NCBI GenBank assembly: GCA_026413965.1
Contig: JAOAJY010000001.1
Location: 57,642-121,641 of the forward strand
DNA: 64,000 nt
From: Candidatus Micrarchaeota archaeon
GTDB lineage: Archaea; Micrarchaeota; Micrarchaeia; Anstonellales; Anstonellaceae
Direction: 5' to 3'
Shown piece by piece: positions 61,268 through 64,000 of this stretch (within the stretch, counting starts at the first letter, position 1; each line of letters opens with the position of its first letter). The notes below the pieces were generated by a model. It searched no databases, was not told the origin of the DNA, and saw nothing but the letters and a program-made list of their open reading frames with translations. Both the position numbers and the translations under genes were made by a program.

Positions 61268-61901
61268 CATAGACGGCGTCCTTGCTGATTCCAGGGAGGC
61301 TGTGGTCATAAACACCAAAACCCTGCTGGCAGAATTTGGGTTTCAAGTTGATGGCAGCAGGGTTGAGGGCATGTCCAGCGCGCATAGCGCAGAAAGCGTG
61401 CTGCTCAGCCTAGTGCCCTCTCTCTCAGGCGACAAGCTGCTTCTGAAAAAGATGCTTTCCAGGCTTTCTGAGATAACAAGGGAGAATCTGCATTTGGTAA
61501 AGCCAACAGGCATAGCTAAGGAAATCCCTAGGCTTTCAAAAAAATACCTTCTTGCTGTGGCTACCAACAGGAAAACCAGCGCAAAGATGGTCCTGGAGAG
61601 GCTTGGCTTGGAAAAGCACTTCTTGGCTGTGCTCACCAGCGCTGATGCTGAGCCAAAGCCCTCCCCGCAGATGATAAAGCTCTGCCTTCAGAGGCTGGGG
61701 GTTTTCCCTCATGAGGCTGTTTTTGTTGGGGACAATTTGGAGGACAGGCAGGCAGGAGAGTCGGCAGGAGTCAGAACCATCATGATTGATGGAGCCAAAG
61801 AGCCTGCCAGCAAGCTGCTGAAAAAAATCGCTGGGCTTGGCTTGGGAAAAAGCCGTGCTGACCTTCAAGTAAGGCATAAAAAGATGCCTACAGACAATTA
61901 A
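61227..61901 (+). CDS. HAD-superfamily hydrolase (phosphoglycolate phosphatase-like)
   Basis: It has IIFDIDGVLADS, ATNR, KPSPQ, and VGDNLEDRQAG. Confidence 0.8.
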   Translation: MDRKGSRIRAIIFDIDGVLADSREAVVINTKTLLAEFGFQVDGSRVEGMSSAHSAESVLLSLVPSLSGDKLLLKKMLSRLSEITRENLHLVKPTGIAKEIPRLSKKYLLAVATNRKTSAKMVLERLGLEKHFLAVLTSADAEPKPSPQMIKLCLQRLGVFPHEAVFVGDNLEDRQAGESAGVRTIMIDGAKEPASKLLKKIAGLGLGKSRADLQVRHKKMPTDN

Positions 61902-61903
61902 GC

Positions 61904-62692
61904 ATGCCTTCTTTATTTTGCAAAGAACACAAAAAAGCGCAAAGCGGAACGGAACAATTAGGAATATTGGCGGTCGTTTTGATAATTGGGCTGGTGGGGA
62001 TATCAGTTATTTGGCAATCCGCTAGCTCAGCTTCAGGCATCTCAGAAAGCTCATCTGAAATCTACTGGAAAGAGATGCGCCCTGTGAGGGTTCTTGAGGC
62101 AGGGCTTGCGGCTGATTCTGAAATATTTTTTGTTGTTGAAAATTCTGGGCCTGACCCGATAACTATAAACAGGATAGGCATAGGGGAAGCATCTGCGTCT
62201 TTAAGAGAGTATGGATCAGACATGCCTTTAACAAGCATTTATCTTGCCCCAGGAGAAATTAAGAGAGTGGTTGCAAGCTCCTTTGGGTCTTTTGATTGCA
62301 TGGTTGGCAAAAAAAAGGACGTGGCTCTTTCCATAGGCTACAGGACACAATACGGAGACGCCAGGGTTCTCAAAGGCGAGAAGAGCTTAGCCATACGCTG
62401 CAATATGAATAGCGGCGCTTATGCGAGCTCCAACCAAACCTCTTGCGCTTCTCAAGGGCAGGGCTGCGGCTCAGGCATAAGCTGCTGTGAAGGTTTAGCC
62501 TGCATCGACAATACGTGCGAATACTGCAGAGGAGAAGGCAAGGACTGCAAAGATAGCAGTTGGTGTTGCGAAGGTTTAGCTTGCATGGAAGGTTATTGCC
62601 AATACTGCAGAGGAGAAGGAGGAGAATGTGCGGATAATAGCTGGTGCTGCGAAGGTTTAGCTTGCATGGAAGGTTATTGCAAGTTTTATTGA
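61904..62692 (+). CDS. Type IV pilin-like protein with three C-terminal knottin-like six-cysteine repeats
   Basis: It has the class III signal-like KAQSGTEQLGILAVVLIIGLVGISVIW. The C-terminus carries three copies of C-x6-C-x5-CC-EGLAC-x4-C. Confidence 0.6.
   Translation: MPSLFCKEHKKAQSGTEQLGILAVVLIIGLVGISVIWQSASSASGISESSSEIYWKEMRPVRVLEAGLAADSEIFFVVENSGPDPITINRIGIGEASASLREYGSDMPLTSIYLAPGEIKRVVASSFGSFDCMVGKKKDVALSIGYRTQYGDARVLKGEKSLAIRCNMNSGAYASSNQTSCASQGQGCGSGISCCEGLACIDNTCEYCRGEGKDCKDSSWCCEGLACMEGYCQYCRGEGGECADNSWCCEGLACMEGYCKFY
62444..62689 (+). repeat. Three tandem units of about 81 bp encoding the six-cysteine module
   Basis: Units 2 and 3 share long identical DNA stretches (tgcgaaggtttagcttgcatggaaggttattgc; atactgcagaggagaagg). 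Confidence 0.85.
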
Positions 62693-62761
62693 TTTTGTAT
62701 GCAGGTAAGGCAGAGAGAGCAACTATTGCGCTTTCGCAGTTGGCTGTGCGGGAGGCAAAAC

Positions 62762-63145
62762 TCACCTTATTTCCAGCGCGCCGTTTTTGTTCTCAATGGT
62801 TGCTTCAGGTTTTGGGAAGCTTGCCTTGATTGATATTTGGCAGGGCAGGGAGATATTTGAGGAGAAGTTTCCTGAGGAAAAGAAAATAGTCTGGCTGTCT
62901 GCTGAGATGCTGGGCGGCAAGCCTGAGAATACGATGAGGCGCAGATTTCCATTCCCAAGCAGGCAAGCAGACTCTGCTTTTTGGGAAAGCAGGCGGAAAT
63001 CCGCAGCGGATTTCTCATAGCTTATCTTTTCTTGAGCAGCCGAGCTTATGCGCGAAGAGGCGGCAAGAGACACTCCAAGAAGCGCAAGAAAAACGACAAA
63101 AAGGAGCAGCGCTTCCATGGAAAGCTGCCCTGCAAAGCGGCCCAC
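62762..63145 (-). CDS. Type IV pilin-like protein
   Basis: The N-terminus reads GRFAGQLSMEALLLFVVFLALLGVSLA (class III signal pattern). Confidence 0.55.
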   Translation of the reverse strand: MGRFAGQLSMEALLLFVVFLALLGVSLAASSRISSAAQEKISYEKSAADFRLLSQKAESACLLGNGNLRLIVFSGLPPSISADSQTIFFSSGNFSSNISLPCQISIKASFPKPEATIENKNGALEIR

Positions 63146-63394
63146 TCAGCTGCACCTTGATGAAACGGGGTTGCAATTTCCGGATGCGCATTCTGAATCA
63201 TATGAGCAGAATTCGCCTGCCTTTTTTGCCCGGGCGTAGCTTTCCTCAGAGGCATTCAGTATGTAATCTGCCTTTTGCTCTGCTTTTTCAGCGGCTTTAT
63301 TGGCGCTTCTCAAAAGCACGCTTGCCACAAGAGCAGATATGCCAAGTATTATGACCAAAATGACAAGCATCTCGACTGAAAGCTGCCCGCGCAT
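63146..63394 (-). CDS. Small type IV pilin-like protein with a 4-Cys tail
   Basis: It starts MRGQLSVEMLVILVIILGISALVA and ends CSYDSECASGNCNPVSSRCS. Confidence 0.55.
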   Translation of the reverse strand: MRGQLSVEMLVILVIILGISALVASVLLRSANKAAEKAEQKADYILNASEESYARAKKAGEFCSYDSECASGNCNPVSSRCS

Positions 63395-63455
63395 GGCACC
63401 ACCAAGAAAGTTGCGGCGGCAAGGAGTAAAAATGTTTGCTGCCGCAACCTAAAAA

Positions 63456-63469
63456 TTAAATAGCGAACG
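63456..63469 (+). promoter_or_regulatory. TATA-containing 14-mer TTAAATAGCGAACG upstream of topA
   Basis: It ends 16 nt before the ATG at 63485 and is identical to 60161-60174. Confidence 0.5.
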
Positions 63470-63484
63470 CATGAAAAGCCGAAC

Positions 63485-64000
63485 ATGAAGCTTGTCATTT
63501 GCGAAAAGCCGAATGCCGCTGAAAAAATAGCCTCTGCAATAGCGTCAGCAGGCAAGAAGAAGGCAGAAAGGCGCGCCTTTGGCAAGGCGAGCTATTGGCA
63601 AACTGAATTTGGCGGGGAAAAGATAACTGTGGTGTCCGCAGTTGGGCACCTTTATAGCCTAAGGCAGGCTGGAGCTGGGCAATATCCTGTTTTTGATGTG
63701 GAGTGGGCGCCTGCTTACGAGGTGGATGAGGAGGCTGGTTTTCAGAAGCCCTATTTGGAGGCCATAAAAAAGCTTTCTGAGGGAGCAGAGGAATACGTCT
63801 GCGCCTGCGACTTTGACACTGAAGGGACGCTCATAGGATACAATATACTGCGCTTTGCGTGCAGGGCTGAAAAGGCCAGCCGCATGAAGTTCTCCACGCT
63901 TGTGCAGGAGGAATTGCAGTCTGCATGGCTGAACAGAGGCAAATTTGACCTTGAAAATGCGCTTGCGGGAGAAGCCCGGCACATACTTGACTGGTTTTAT
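63485..64000 (+). CDS. topA: DNA topoisomerase I (type IA), N-terminal TOPRIM part; truncated by the window edge
   Basis: My own translation gives MKLVICEKPNAAEKIASAI...VVSAVGHLYSL...ACDFDTEGTLIGYNILRF...EARHILDWFY. It is open to the window end and so is absent from the ORF track. Confidence 0.85.
   Translation, partial: MKLVICEKPNAAEKIASAIASAGKKKAERRAFGKASYWQTEFGGEKITVVSAVGHLYSLRQAGAGQYPVFDVEWAPAYEVDEEAGFQKPYLEAIKKLSEGAEEYVCACDFDTEGTLIGYNILRFACRAEKASRMKFSTLVQEELQSAWLNRGKFDLENALAGEARHILDWFY

Overview
This window is a compact, gene-dense archaeal chromosome segment with almost no intergenic space. No rRNA, CRISPR array, transposase or integrase was seen. The backbone is informational and central-metabolic. 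It holds RadA, a conserved translation supercluster (S24e-S27ae, aIF5A, PheRS-beta, FtsY, prefoldin-alpha, LX, aIF6, L31e, L39e, PDCD5-like, S19e, RNase P Rpr2), Kae1, RpoK, RNase HII, an Nre-like protein, a DEAD-box helicase and a topoisomerase IA fragment. Metabolic genes include purine synthesis (two PurP, PurD, PurM), PyrG, two mevalonate-pathway genes, PGK, a class I aldolase with an FBPase, diphthine synthase, Taw1 and DTD2. Hand folding shows two tRNA genes, Ile(UAU) and Glu(UUC), each split by one canonical and one non-canonical bulge-helix-bulge intron. The window also encodes an unusually long, three-unit-like tRNA splicing endonuclease. Together with the 4-nt convergent stop overlaps, this suggests a DPANN-like or ultrasmall archaeon, which is an inference. 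Three conserved genes under 60 aa (S27ae, LX, RpoK) and two edge-truncated genes (PurP, TopA) are missing from the ORF track. The leads most worth follow-up are all cell-surface accessory loci. One is a cassette led by a membrane-tethered wHTH protein, followed by two secreted proteins built from permuted shared modules. The second is a low-GC 1134-aa orphan protein coupled to a 737-aa secreted adhesin-like protein. The third is a type IV pilin-like protein ending in three tandem knottin-like six-cysteine units.
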